Positions 9,730-20,109 of a DNA stretch of 64,000 nucleotides are shown here, one piece after another. The DNA is from Planctomycetota bacterium (GTDB lineage Bacteria > Planctomycetota > UBA8108 > SXIK01). Numbering within the stretch: position 1 is the stretch's first letter; each line of letters begins with the position of its first letter. Below the pieces are notes generated by a model. That model saw nothing but the letters and a program-made list of their open reading frames with translations. It searched no databases and had not been told where the DNA came from. Location of the stretch: NCBI GenBank assembly GCA_965223265.1, contig OZ244999.1:4960001-5024000 (forward strand), written 5' to 3'. The translations under genes were made by a program, and so were the position numbers.

Positions 9730-12378
9730 TCATCGCCGTCGGCGATGCAGCTCGAGAAGCGGCGGCAACACCAAGAGCGACGCAAGAAGAGAGAGGACGA
9801 TTCCAAGCCCGGCGAGGACCCCGACCGACGCCAACCCCCGGTTGGTTGCCAGCGCCAGGCTGCCGAAGGCTCCGAGCGTCGTCACCGACGTCAAGCTGAC
9901 GGCCCGTCCGACGCTTCTCATCAGCGTGAAGATCTCGCCGCGCCCTTGCCGTGCATAGCGCGTGACGATGTGAATGCCGTCGTCGATCCCAATGCCGAGA
10001 ATCATCGGTAGGATGCCAACGTTCATGAAGTTGATCTTCCAGCCCGCCAGAGCCCAGATGCAGCTGACGCCAAGCATACCGACCACAACTGGAACCAGAG
10101 CGCAAAACGCGAGATAACAGCCGCGAAAGAGTGCGAGAGTGACGCCGCAAACCGCGAGCGCCGCGACCAAGAGAGCGGTGAGGAAACGACGCACGACGTA
10201 GTCCGCAGAACTCTGCGAGCTCACGTAGAGCCCGGTGACACGTCCATGCACGGACGCGGTTGCGAGGGCTGACTCAAGCTCACCCACGACGGCACGCCGC
10301 GCCTCTCGACTCCAGAGCGCACCGCTCGGATAGACGGCCACGAGAGCAGACGCGCGTTCAGCTTGCACGTTCACGACTTCGCTGAGCGGCCCTGCGAGGC
10401 CCGCGGCGGCAGCTTCTCCGACGGAAAGGGGCTCACGGCGCTTAAGAAGGCGGTCAAGACGCGCACGCTCGCGCTCGACCGCGGCAGCTGAAAAACCGAC
10501 GGCGTCGAACGCCTCTTCGAGTCCTTCGCGCAGGCTAGCGGCATGGGGACGTTTGGCCGCCAGGACGCCGAGCACGCGGTGCTGCTCGCTTGGCGGTGGA
10601 ATGAGGTCAAGGGGAGACCTCCACCCAGCCAGCACACCGCGGTCGACCAGACGCGACAACTCAACCTCAAGGCGGTGCAGCGACTCCAAGAGCGCCTCTT
10701 CGGATGACGTCGTAGCATCCACAGTCGGTGTTACGACACCTACGGGCGAATCTTCCGATTCGACGCGACGGCCGCCAGCTGCCGACTCGTGCAGCACGAT
10801 GAGTAGCGGCTCTTCATCAAGGCCGAAACGCTCCTGTAGCCGCCGCTGCGTTTCGATAGCGCCCGAGTTGGCGGCATGCATCGAGCGCAAATCAGACTCG
10901 AGATCAGGTGGACGCAACACCACGACGACCACGCCCACAATCACCACAAGCGCGGCGAGGCAAAGCGATGCCGCTGGACGCCGGAGTGTGATCGACGTTG
11001 AGACGGAAACGAATCGAGTTAGGATCCCAGTAAGCGGTTCGTGCTCACCTAAGGTGCAGTCGTCATCGGTGCGCTCAGAGTGCCCCGGCCGCTGCGACTG
11101 AAGCGCGAGGATTGCAGGCAAGACCGTGAGCGTCGAGATGAGGGTCGTCGTCAGGCCGATCGAAGTCATCAGCCCCATGTCGAAGAGAAATCCGCCGCCA
11201 GCAGACGCGAAGGCAAGGAACCCTACCACGCTGGTGAATGTCGCGAAAAAAAGCGACGACGCCGTCACCTCGAGCGCGGCCAGAAACTCGTCGCGTGTCG
11301 GTCGCCGCCCCGCCCGTAGTGGCTCCGCAAGGTGAATCGCCGCATCGACACCGAGAGCTGCCAACACCGCGCCCGACACCAGAGCCAAGACAACAACCTC
11401 ACGCTGAGCGTAGAAGTAGAGGCCGGTGCCAACCGCAATCCCGAGCGTCAGACTCACCCAGACAGCGAAGCAAAAGCGAACAGAGCGCCACGCCGCGCCG
11501 AGAACGGCCACGACCAACAGAATCGACACGGTGATGTTCAACGTCAGATCCCGCCGCATGGATGCTTCGCTCTCGAGGGCGTAGGCGTAACTCCCGGTGC
11601 GGGCGACAGAAACCTCGTGGTCACCAGAACACGAGGTCAAGTGTTCGCGCTGCGCCGCGTCAACAGCGAGGTCCACTTGGCGCGCCACCATCCTCACCGC
11701 AGTAAGATCGGAAGAACGGGCGCGACCGTGGACCACAAAGAGGAGCGCCGCACCGTCCTCGGAAAGGAAGTGCGGTGACCCGGCACGAGTTCGCAAACCC
11801 GATTGGCGCGCCCCCAAGCGACGCAGCAGAAACTCGCGCAACTCGAGAGGGTCACGCTCAAACCACTCTTCAGCCTCACCGAGCCCGGGCAGTCCTATCC
11901 TCGCAACTTGGCGCTCGAGTGTCGACTGCACTCCCGACGAAGTCAGGAGTTCGCTCAGGCGCGATCGAGCGTCTGCGTCCGCCGCGTACAGCGGCGCCAG
12001 ACCGAGGAGCTCACCTCGCTTGAGCGCTCGCTCTACTTCATGCCAACCGAAGACGATGCGCACAATCGTCGGGCTCTGCCGCAGAGCTTTAGCGACATGC
12101 TCGGCGAATGACGTCAAGCAGTTCGCGGCCGCCGAATCGTGCACGCTGCCGTCCACTTCGAAAAGCAGCACGAGCTGCTCGCTGACACCAAAGAGGCGCT
12201 CGAGCTCAGCGACGCTCTCCCTCACCGCCGGCGGGGCCAAATCCGCCATGTCACTCTCGAAGCGCACAAAAAACAGTGATGCCGCGGCGGTACAGACGCA
12301 CACCGCAGCGGCAACCAGGACACGGCGCGGCGCATCCCAAGAGGCCGCGGCCATACGCATCATGACTCGCTGGAGCAT
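9730..12378 (-). CDS. MMPL/RND-family lipid exporter
   Basis: 882 aa with two repeats of 1 TM + periplasmic domain + 5 TM; LGVDAAIH and GIGIDDGIH motifs; TSVTTLGAFGSL. Confidence 0.9.
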   Translation of the reverse strand: MLQRVMMRMAAASWDAPRRVLVAAAVCVCTAAASLFFVRFESDMADLAPPAVRESVAELERLFGVSEQLVLLFEVDGSVHDSAAANCLTSFAEHVAKALRQSPTIVRIVFGWHEVERALKRGELLGLAPLYAADADARSRLSELLTSSGVQSTLERQVARIGLPGLGEAEEWFERDPLELREFLLRRLGARQSGLRTRAGSPHFLSEDGAALLFVVHGRARSSDLTAVRMVARQVDLAVDAAQREHLTSCSGDHEVSVARTGSYAYALESEASMRRDLTLNITVSILLVVAVLGAAWRSVRFCFAVWVSLTLGIAVGTGLYFYAQREVVVLALVSGAVLAALGVDAAIHLAEPLRAGRRPTRDEFLAALEVTASSLFFATFTSVVGFLAFASAGGGFLFDMGLMTSIGLTTTLISTLTVLPAILALQSQRPGHSERTDDDCTLGEHEPLTGILTRFVSVSTSITLRRPAASLCLAALVVIVGVVVVVLRPPDLESDLRSMHAANSGAIETQRRLQERFGLDEEPLLIVLHESAAGGRRVESEDSPVGVVTPTVDATTSSEEALLESLHRLEVELSRLVDRGVLAGWRSPLDLIPPPSEQHRVLGVLAAKRPHAASLREGLEEAFDAVGFSAAAVERERARLDRLLKRREPLSVGEAAAAGLAGPLSEVVNVQAERASALVAVYPSGALWSREARRAVVGELESALATASVHGRVTGLYVSSQSSADYVVRRFLTALLVAALAVCGVTLALFRGCYLAFCALVPVVVGMLGVSCIWALAGWKINFMNVGILPMILGIGIDDGIHIVTRYARQGRGEIFTLMRSVGRAVSLTSVTTLGAFGSLALATNRGLASVGVLAGLGIVLSLLASLLVLPPLLELHRRRR

Positions 12379-12387
12379 CGCGGCACT

Positions 12388-13233
12388 CTAATCGTCAGGC
12401 AACATAAAGAGATCCGCCTCCAACTCCGGATTGACCTCAAGGTAAACAACGCGACCGAATATGCGTGCCGCCGGCGAGACGATCTCAAAGGTCTCTGGAA
12501 AGAAACGCCCGTCGACCTGGGAGTAGGAGAGGTACTCGACCCGCGTCGTCTCAGCAACCTCGGTGCCGGACCTCACCTCCGCCGATCGTACGCCGAGGGT
12601 GATTGGGTCGAGAGACCACTGAACGCGAGCCCTCTCGTGGAGCTCAGTCTCAAGGAGTAGTTCACTGTCGGTGCGGACGACGGACGCCAGTCGCTGCCCT
12701 TCTGAACCGGAATCAGTTTGTACCGCGCCGCTCTCGAAGGCGTCAACGACGCCAGGCAGGAAGAGATGCTGTCGAAGAACTGCCAAAACAGCAAATCCTT
12801 CCTCGTGCTGCAGCTCGTCGTGTGATCCAGAAAGTCGACGGCTGCTGCCGTCGGAATCACGAACGATCTGCGTGTAACTTTCCTTGGTGATCGCCACGTC
12901 GAACAGGCTCGTTGTCGAGATGAAGCCGTCGCGATAGGCCGTAAACCGAAGCTTGTCGGGCGCTTGGTAGTACGTGGCAGCGTCGAAGACCCCCCCGTCA
13001 CCGCCGGGCGCCTCGTAGCTCATGCGGAGCTCCGCGTAGAGCGACGTAACACCAGCGACACGGGAGGCAAGCACGTCATGCACGTCCGCGTCCGAAGGCG
13101 CATCGACAGCGGGAAACGGCCACACCGGCGCGCTCTCACAGCCGCACCAAATGAGCCAGGCCGCGGCGGCGGCGACCCGCATCGACGCGGACAGCAATAG
13201 AGTCGCTCCTGAGACGACTCCGCGGCGAATCAT
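12388..13233 (-). CDS. Putative lipoprotein (LolB/DUF4292-like fold)
   Basis: Hydrophobic N-terminus with CGC lipobox-like site; beta-rich body ending EVNPELEADLF; ATGA overlap with upstream gene. Confidence 0.55.
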   Translation of the reverse strand: MIRRGVVSGATLLLSASMRVAAAAAWLIWCGCESAPVWPFPAVDAPSDADVHDVLASRVAGVTSLYAELRMSYEAPGGDGGVFDAATYYQAPDKLRFTAYRDGFISTTSLFDVAITKESYTQIVRDSDGSSRRLSGSHDELQHEEGFAVLAVLRQHLFLPGVVDAFESGAVQTDSGSEGQRLASVVRTDSELLLETELHERARVQWSLDPITLGVRSAEVRSGTEVAETTRVEYLSYSQVDGRFFPETFEIVSPAARIFGRVVYLEVNPELEADLFMLPDD

Positions 13234-14732
13234 AGCGACGGGCTTTCCGCCAGGACGCGACCGGCCCAGGCTGCTGGACTCGCCTTGACGTTCTCACCTG
13301 GGAGCTCCTCGTGCGCGTGCCACAGGGACAGGAAGCGACGCAAACAGCGGCGAGTCTGCTCCGGATCGACGCGCGGCCACCCCGGGATGCCGTCCTCACC
13401 GGCGACCGCGGCGCGCAAACAGTAGACCGCCGCCATGAAATCGAATGGCAACTTGCGCTCGAGAGCCAGGAAAGCATCGAGCCCCTCCTCAAGCGCTGTG
13501 AAGTCCATCTGATTCACCGCTGCAACCAGACGCCGGAACGCGTCACGATAGCCGCCGTCGCGGTAGGCTCGAGCGACTGGGTCCAATCGTTCGTCGGGCT
13601 CGGCATCGTCGCCGAGTGTGTGGCAGCGCAGATCCGGAAGCCGTCGCACCGACGCGGAGCCGTCGCCTGCTGCGGTGCTGCTTGGCGCCGACGACGACCG
13701 CGTCGTCCGTGTGATCGCCTGAACGAGACGCCGGTCTTCGACGGTGGTTCGTAGCGCGCGCGACTCGCGCCGGGCACTGGCACTTCCTTCTTCGTCGGCC
13801 GTCTGCGGCGCGTCGTCCGCCACCGCTCGCACGTCTTCGACGTGATGAGGGCAGGATAGAATGAAATCTCGCAACTGGAAGATGTACTCGGCCCGGTGTG
13901 ACATCGCTGGCTCCTGCGCATGGCCGGCCCCGGCGATCAGCCAGAGGCGTCGGGGGCCCGAAAGCGCGTCGTAAAACTCGATGGCACCTTCAAACGGCAG
14001 CAATGAGTCCTCGACACCATGGATCACAAAGACGGCTACGTCGTGCAGCTGCGCCGCGAACCGCCGCGGCTCCTTGCCGGCGAAAGGGTAGACCGAGGTG
14101 CCAACCGCAGCCAAGAAATTCGCCACCGTCCGGGGCGCTCCCGCTTTGGTGTACTTCACGCGGCGGCGCTCCTGCGTGACACCGGATGGGTCGACGACGT
14201 TATGAATCCACGTCGGACCAAAGCTGCCGGTAGAGAACAGTCCCCCGAGCATGGCGCGAAGATCGGAGACGCCCTCGATAACGATCGCCGCAATAGGGAA
14301 CCGGCGACTGCCGGCCGCTGCCACTGCTGCACAGGCGCCGAGCGAAAGGCCGTAGAGGATAAGCGATCGACCCGCAGCGCGCTCTCGCGCCCATGCGCAA
14401 GCGGCGCTCACGTCATCGACGACCCGACGCAGATCAGGTTCGCCGTCACTGCGTCCGAAGCCGCGATAGTCGAACGCGAGGACTGAGCAACCCGCCTCGT
14501 GAACCATCCGGACGTATTCGAGGTGGCACGACACATTGCCCGAGTTCCCGGAACAGAACACGGCAAGACGATCGCTCCCGCGAGCAAAGAAAAACCAACC
14601 ACGCAGTGTGACACCACCGGGGGCCGAGATCTCCACCTCCTCAGAGTCGATGCCAACGCTCTGCGGCGTCATGTAGAGAAAGCGATCGGCGAGGAGCGTA
14701 CGTCTCGAGAAGAATCGGCTGCGCAGACTCAC
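13230..14732 (-). CDS. Alpha/beta-hydrolase with C-terminal extension
   Basis: FDYRGFGRS, nucleophile GLSLG, IHGVED and GAGH catalytic triad. Confidence 0.85.
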   Translation of the reverse strand: MSLRSRFFSRRTLLADRFLYMTPQSVGIDSEEVEISAPGGVTLRGWFFFARGSDRLAVFCSGNSGNVSCHLEYVRMVHEAGCSVLAFDYRGFGRSDGEPDLRRVVDDVSAACAWARERAAGRSLILYGLSLGACAAVAAAGSRRFPIAAIVIEGVSDLRAMLGGLFSTGSFGPTWIHNVVDPSGVTQERRRVKYTKAGAPRTVANFLAAVGTSVYPFAGKEPRRFAAQLHDVAVFVIHGVEDSLLPFEGAIEFYDALSGPRRLWLIAGAGHAQEPAMSHRAEYIFQLRDFILSCPHHVEDVRAVADDAPQTADEEGSASARRESRALRTTVEDRRLVQAITRTTRSSSAPSSTAAGDGSASVRRLPDLRCHTLGDDAEPDERLDPVARAYRDGGYRDAFRRLVAAVNQMDFTALEEGLDAFLALERKLPFDFMAAVYCLRAAVAGEDGIPGWPRVDPEQTRRCLRRFLSLWHAHEELPGENVKASPAAWAGRVLAESPSL

Positions 14733-14757
14733 GACGCTCTCCCTCGAAGCTGCCGCG

Positions 14758-15159
14758 TCAATCAGCGCTGACTTCGTAACGCCAGCGCCACGGACCTATT
14801 TCCAGCTCTTCGCCGCCGACGAGACTCTGCCACTCATGCGCCTTGATCGCTTGGCCATCGATGGACATAGAGTCGTCGTGGACGGCTCGCAAATCAAGGG
14901 GTCCGCCTTCGTCGCGCGGATAGTACATCCGCACGTGCTCGGGATACACGCCGTCGCCGTGCAGTAGCAGATCAGCTCGTTCGGGATGGCTGCCGACGAT
15001 CACACGGACGTGGGGCCGGCTCTCTAGCCATGGGGACCTGCGGCGCTCTAAGCGCCACACGGTCTCTACCGCGATCGGTTCTCCCTCGCAGCGCAGGACC
15101 GCGCCGCGTGACGACTCGCGTTGGCTAGGACCGAGGTAGACGAGTCGCCGCAGCACCAT
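14758..15159 (-). CDS. FHA-like domain protein
   Basis: IVGS..ADLLL...VYPEH...IDG...LVGGEELEIG pattern; start ATG 15159; the canonical GR and SxxH residues are altered. Confidence 0.55.
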   Translation of the reverse strand: MVLRRLVYLGPSQRESSRGAVLRCEGEPIAVETVWRLERRRSPWLESRPHVRVIVGSHPERADLLLHGDGVYPEHVRMYYPRDEGGPLDLRAVHDDSMSIDGQAIKAHEWQSLVGGEELEIGPWRWRYEVSAD

Positions 15160-15193
15160 TTCACTTTTCCATGCGTTTGATGGGGAACAACGC

Positions 15194-15334
15194 TCACTGC
15201 GGCGCAGCGCCGAACCACTCCGGCGGCAGGATGGACTTGGTGACGAACCAAATCGCAAGCCATCCCAGCCAGAGGATGATGATGCCAACGATGATGCCGA
15301 AACCTTTTGCGAACGGCTTGTAAGTCGACGACAC
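15194..15334 (-). CDS. 46-aa single-TM small membrane protein (not in the ORF track)
   Basis: GGAG RBS 7 nt before GTG; MSSTYKPFAKGFGIIVGIIILWLGWLAIWFVTKSILPPEWFGAAPQ*. Confidence 0.6.
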   Translation of the reverse strand: MSSTYKPFAKGFGIIVGIIILWLGWLAIWFVTKSILPPEWFGAAPQ

Positions 15335-15445
15335 AGTTCAACTCCGTTTACTTCAGCTTGTTGCAGAACGAATGGCCCCTCGTTCACGCTCCGCGGTCGC
15401 GCAACGCTTGAGGTGCGGCCCGCGATAGCCTCACTGACGCGCTCG

Positions 15446-15643
15446 TCAACTCGGGCTGTTGAAGAAATCGCGGAAGATCGGATAGAGGAGCGCTAGGAGA
15501 ACAAGAAGAGCGACGACAAGCCCGCCGGCAACCCTCAACGTGTGCAAGGTCGACGGAGATTCTTCCGGGAACAACTCGTCGAGTTCATATCTCTGCGGGG
15601 CTCCGCCGCCGTCACTCTGACTGTCACCGTGACTGTCACTCAT
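15446..15643 (-). CDS. 65-aa small membrane protein
   Basis: GGAGG RBS; acidic N-terminus and C-terminal TM helix VAGGLVVALLVLLALLYPIF. Confidence 0.65.
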   Translation of the reverse strand: MSDSHGDSQSDGGGAPQRYELDELFPEESPSTLHTLRVAGGLVVALLVLLALLYPIFRDFFNSPS

Positions 15644-15777
15644 CGACGCCTCCAGAACTGATCAGCAAGACTTGCTCTGCGGCCACCCGGCGGGGCGCGG
15701 CACCCTCAACCTTGGCGGCCAAGACGGCAAAGTATAGAGAACTGCGACGCTCCTGCAAAGCGGATTTCGGCGGACCG

Positions 15778-16866
15778 TCAGATCGGTTGCTGCTGGGTCA
15801 TGCAGTGGAGCGCGCCGCCGCCGTAGAGTAGATCCCGAGCGTTGATCCCGACCACCGCTCGGCCTGGAAAAAGCTCTTCGAAGAGTGCGAGGGCGCGACT
15901 GTCTTCCGGGGTCGAAAAGGTGGGCACAAGGACGGAGCGATTGCCGACATAGAAGTTCGTGTAGCTGGCGGCCAAGCGTCGGTCGCCCTGGTATAGAGGG
16001 CGCGGCAGGGGCAATTCAATGAGTTCGAAGCACCGGTCGCGGGCGTCCTGAGCGACGCGTAGCGCGCCGCGGAGCCGGGCAAGCTGGTCGCGCTCGGCGG
16101 CTGGGGCGTCTCGATGCGGCGTCGCGTAAACGACGCGCCCCGGTGCCACGAAGCGGGCCAGATTATCGATGTGGCCGCCGGTGTCGTCGCCGTCGAGACA
16201 GCCGTCCAACCAAACGACCCGCTCGGCTCCAAGCCAACGCCGGAGGCTCGCCTCGACGCCGCCGGCATCGTGGTCGGGGTTGCGCGCCGCGTCGAGCAAG
16301 GCATTTCTCGTTGTCAAAAGTGTCCCCTCGCCATCGACATCAATCGCCCCCCCTTCCACGACGAGACCCGGGCGAACGACTTCGGCGCCGACCTGTGCCG
16401 CGATCCAGCCGGCCGCGGCAGCGTCTCGGTCCCATGGAGCGAACCTGCCTCCCCAACCGTTGTACTCCCAGCACGTCGCGACGGTTGACCTGCCGTCGCG
16501 ATCATTTGAAGCGCCTTCGCCGTCTCCGGGATCGCCACGCCCGCCTACACGCTGCGCCACTGCGGGTGCCGTGCGCACAAAGAGAGGCCCAAAGTCACGA
16601 ATCCAGATGTCGTCGGTGGAATACTCGAATAGGTGCAAGTCCGCGGCAACGCCGCCGAAAGCAGCTGTCACCGACGCAGCCGCATCTCGGTCGGGCACGA
16701 GAACGCACACCTTCTCACCACCAAGTAAAGCGCGCGCCACGTCGACCCAAACGCGCTGCAGTTCGTGGCAGGGTATCCCCCAGTGCGCCTCGTTCACCGG
16801 CCACGCGAGCCACGTCGCCTCGTGCGACTCCCACTCGGCCGGCATCCTCAACGCGCGCGCGTTCAC
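15778..16866 (-). CDS. aguA: Agmatine deiminase
   Basis: RMPAEW, DIWIRDFGP, VEGGAI, DDTGGHIDN, ASYTNF and GGGALHCMTQQQP. Confidence 0.93.
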   Translation of the reverse strand: MNARALRMPAEWESHEATWLAWPVNEAHWGIPCHELQRVWVDVARALLGGEKVCVLVPDRDAAASVTAAFGGVAADLHLFEYSTDDIWIRDFGPLFVRTAPAVAQRVGGRGDPGDGEGASNDRDGRSTVATCWEYNGWGGRFAPWDRDAAAAGWIAAQVGAEVVRPGLVVEGGAIDVDGEGTLLTTRNALLDAARNPDHDAGGVEASLRRWLGAERVVWLDGCLDGDDTGGHIDNLARFVAPGRVVYATPHRDAPAAERDQLARLRGALRVAQDARDRCFELIELPLPRPLYQGDRRLAASYTNFYVGNRSVLVPTFSTPEDSRALALFEELFPGRAVVGINARDLLYGGGALHCMTQQQPI

Positions 16867-17735
16867 GACGGGCCGCGGTAACGCGCCACGAGATCACCAT
16901 AGGCATCCGGCCGGCGGTCCCGGAGGAAGGGCCAAACCTGCCGCGTCTGCGCGATGCTCTCCAGATCGCAATCAACCACGAGAACCGCTGACGAGCTCGT
17001 CGGCGCGCGCTCAAGCACACGCCCTTGGGGGTCGACGACGAACGAGGATCCCCAAAACTCGAGGGCGCCCTCATGGCCGGTTCGATTCACCGCGCCAACA
17101 AATACGCCGCCGGCGATGGCGTGAGCCCGCTGCACCGTCTCCCAGGCGTTGAGCTCGGTGGCCCGGACGTCGTCCGCGGCTTCGGAATCCCAAGCGATCG
17201 CCGTCGGATAGAGGATCACCTGCGCGCCCGCGAGCGTCGCCAGGCGCGCCGCCTCTGGAAACCATTGATCCCAGCAGATGAGCACGGCGATTCGGGCCGA
17301 GGCGACCTCGAACACCGCGAAGCCGGTGTCGCCTGGTGCGAAGTAGTACTTCTCAAAATAGCCAGGATCGTGGGGAACGTGCATTTTACGGTAGACACCA
17401 ACGAGCGAACCGTCCGAGTCGATGACTGCAGCGCTGTTGTGGTGCAGGCCGGCGGTGCGGCGCTCAAAGATCGACGCTACGATCGCCACGTCGAGCTCCT
17501 GGGCTAGCTCCCCCAGGGCGTCCGTGGTCGGGCCGGGGATCGGCTCGGAGAGCGCGAACGCTTGTGGATCGTGATGCTGGCAGAAGTAGACGGTCCGAAA
17601 AAGTTCCTGCAGACACACGAGGCGCGCCCCCTGACGCGCCGCTTCGCGCACCCCGGCGACCGCGCGCGCGAAGTTGTTTTCCGTGTCGTCGGTGCACTCG
17701 TGCTGCACGAGTCCAAGGCGAAGATTATGTGTCAT
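16863..17735 (-). CDS. aguB: N-carbamoylputrescine amidase (nitrilase superfamily)
   Basis: LQELF, YRKMHVPHDPGYFEKYYF and ICWDQWFPE; start ATG 17735; overlaps the aguA start. Confidence 0.92.
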   Translation of the reverse strand: MTHNLRLGLVQHECTDDTENNFARAVAGVREAARQGARLVCLQELFRTVYFCQHHDPQAFALSEPIPGPTTDALGELAQELDVAIVASIFERRTAGLHHNSAAVIDSDGSLVGVYRKMHVPHDPGYFEKYYFAPGDTGFAVFEVASARIAVLICWDQWFPEAARLATLAGAQVILYPTAIAWDSEAADDVRATELNAWETVQRAHAIAGGVFVGAVNRTGHEGALEFWGSSFVVDPQGRVLERAPTSSSAVLVVDCDLESIAQTRQVWPFLRDRRPDAYGDLVARYRGPS

Positions 17736-17922
17736 TTCGAAGAACGATGGCGTGCGCGGCGTTGAGATGGGCGCTGTTTGAAGCGAGTTGAAAAACGAAG
17801 TGAGCGCCCATTTTGCCAAGGGTGTTTGACGCCGTCATCTCGAATCGTGTCGACAAATCGTGCTCCGCTTCAGAGCTCATTCGCGCCAATCACGGACGCA
17901 GAAGAGAAATCCAGGGAAAGGG

Positions 17923-17950
17923 TTGACCAACCGATGTGCCGCACTATGAT
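17923..17950 (+). promoter_or_regulatory. sigma70-type promoter for the tRNA
   Basis: TTGACC-16 nt-TATGAT, 80 nt upstream of the tRNA. Confidence 0.6.
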
Positions 17951-18029
17951 AAGTCTCTCCACTGGATCCGCTCGCGTATGTCACGCGATGATACGCTTGA
18001 ACGAATCCCGCCAAAAGAGACATGAATAA

Positions 18030-18106
<77 letters not shown>

Positions 18107-18113
18107 TATGACG

Positions 18114-18150
18114 AAAAGGACTTACGACGCTTTGTCGTGAGTCCTTTTTT
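18114..18150 (+). terminator. Rho-independent terminator, probably bidirectional
   Basis: AAAAGGACTTACGAC-GCTTT-GTCGTGAGTCCTTTTTT. Confidence 0.85.
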
Positions 18151-18188
18151 CGTTCTGCGTCGTGCGCATGCTCCGCGATCCTCGTCGG

Positions 18189-19835
18189 TCACTCCACATT
18201 CCATCGTCGCTGTAGAGTCTTCCCTTGGAGGGGACCAAACACTCCCTCACCCCAGGTGATTCTCCACCGCGAAGGAGAACCGAGAACAGAAGCCGCATCG
18301 CGGCGCGCCAAGACCTCGTCGTCCTGTCTGATCGAAAGACTTGTCGCGTCGACACGAAACTCGAGGCGTACCGGGCGCTCACGCCACGCGATCTGGGCGG
18401 TAAGATTCCCTGGCATGCGCAAACGCACGGCGGCGCCGTAGTCACGCCGCTGGGCTGGGGTGAGAAAGTCGTAGCTGTCGCGCCACTCCGACGTGCCCTT
18501 CGACGATGTCGAAATCACCAACCCATCGTGGAGCGGCACCATCGAGCTCACCCGCTGCCCCCAATGATTGAGGACGAGGCCAGACCGCTTCGCCTCCGCT
18601 TCGTAGGGATGCACCTGACGGTCGGTGAGCTCAGGGTGCGAGAACATCCGCCCCATGGAATGCCACTGTCGCGCATCGCGGTCGTAACGCCAAAGCTCCG
18701 CCCACGGCCACACGCCGGCAAAGAGCTCGCCGCGGTAGATCGCCAGGGTCTGACACTCGCGTGCCGATGATGACACCTCGGGCGGGCAGGGCGGCCAGCC
18801 TTCGATTCGCTTCACGTCGACGCCTTGGTACTCGAAGATATTCCCGGTCGGATACTGTGCCAGTAGGAGCCGGTCGTGCCAGTGAAGCATCGAGTACACC
18901 TGATAGCTCACTTGGTCGTCCGCCTCCAGGAGCGTGCGCCATGATGAATCCTCGTAGACGTAAATCCCACCTGTGTTCGAGACAGTCAGAACTTGATCCT
19001 CAAACTGTCCCCATGCAAACGGCGTCTCCAAGTCGTACTTCGCCTTCATGATCACCGCGCGGTCAACATCGATGGGCTTGGACGCTGCAACCGAAGCGGC
19101 CGGCCTCCATGGACAGGCGTAAATGCGCGTGGACGAGCCGGACGGATCGCGGACGCGGTGGTAGAAAAAGAGGTGGCCGTTCGCATAGTAGAAATTGTAG
19201 TAACCACCAACGTCAGGCGGCGACAGGAGCACGCGGTCGCCGTAGCGAACGGTGTTACCCGCAAAGAGAAGCACTTCCGAACCGAGGCGCATCGCGCCGT
19301 CTCCGGAGCGCAGCGCGTCGACGCCTGCTGGCAGAGCGCTGTTCCAACGCCCCATTGACTCCTCCCATGCTTTCACAGAGTTCTGCCTTACCGACGTCCA
19401 AGCGTAGAGACGCGCGTTGAGGTCGAAAAGGTAGATGCCGCTTCCGAGATCGGGATGCGGCAGTCGTTCAAAGGTGTGCGCATCGCGCTCGATAGGCGGC
19501 TTGACGAAAAATTGCAGCGTGTGGCGGTCGCTGCGAAAGCGCGTGTTGTAGACGTCCTGAAATCCGGCGCCGGCAACCACGCGCCCCGCAGCATCGCGAG
19601 CTTCAAAGATCGACCCAAAACTCTGACCGAGATCGCGCCCCAAGTCGAGTTCGACGGAGAAACTGACACGCTTCGCGCCAGCCGCAGGATCGCCGCAAAA
19701 CGCTGGAGGATTGACCACGACGACGGCCAACGCCTCGGCGAACAACAACATCAACGCGTCGCAACTGACGTGGCGCATTGAAAAGGAGTTTCCCCTGAAT
19801 TCGGGCATGATCGGACGTAGCTCGATTGAACGCAT
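18189..19835 (-). CDS. Secreted hypothetical protein, probably beta-propeller
   Basis: 548 aa, aromatic-rich beta-strand repeats (LAIYRGELFAGVWPWAELWRY); the true start may be slightly downstream. Confidence 0.65.
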   Translation of the reverse strand: MRSIELRPIMPEFRGNSFSMRHVSCDALMLLFAEALAVVVVNPPAFCGDPAAGAKRVSFSVELDLGRDLGQSFGSIFEARDAAGRVVAGAGFQDVYNTRFRSDRHTLQFFVKPPIERDAHTFERLPHPDLGSGIYLFDLNARLYAWTSVRQNSVKAWEESMGRWNSALPAGVDALRSGDGAMRLGSEVLLFAGNTVRYGDRVLLSPPDVGGYYNFYYANGHLFFYHRVRDPSGSSTRIYACPWRPAASVAASKPIDVDRAVIMKAKYDLETPFAWGQFEDQVLTVSNTGGIYVYEDSSWRTLLEADDQVSYQVYSMLHWHDRLLLAQYPTGNIFEYQGVDVKRIEGWPPCPPEVSSSARECQTLAIYRGELFAGVWPWAELWRYDRDARQWHSMGRMFSHPELTDRQVHPYEAEAKRSGLVLNHWGQRVSSMVPLHDGLVISTSSKGTSEWRDSYDFLTPAQRRDYGAAVRLRMPGNLTAQIAWRERPVRLEFRVDATSLSIRQDDEVLARRDAASVLGSPSRWRITWGEGVFGPLQGKTLQRRWNVE

Positions 19836-20109
19836 CGTTCAGCACGCCATCAGACTACTCGGAAGGGCTCAGGCAGGCAGAGAAAAATCAGGCGGAGCGG
19901 GGCGGAGACGAAAACGAAATACTGGTACGCCCACGCACTCGCACACGCCCACGCACTCGCACACGAAAGTACAGCCAGGACCCAGACCGCTCCAAAAAGA
20001 TCCACCCCACGGGCGAGAGTGCTCCTTGAACCGCGCCAACGCCGCGGATAGTCTCGCAGGTTCTGCGCCCACGATGGCCCCTGTGAACCGAACACCGACA
20101 ACTTAAGAG

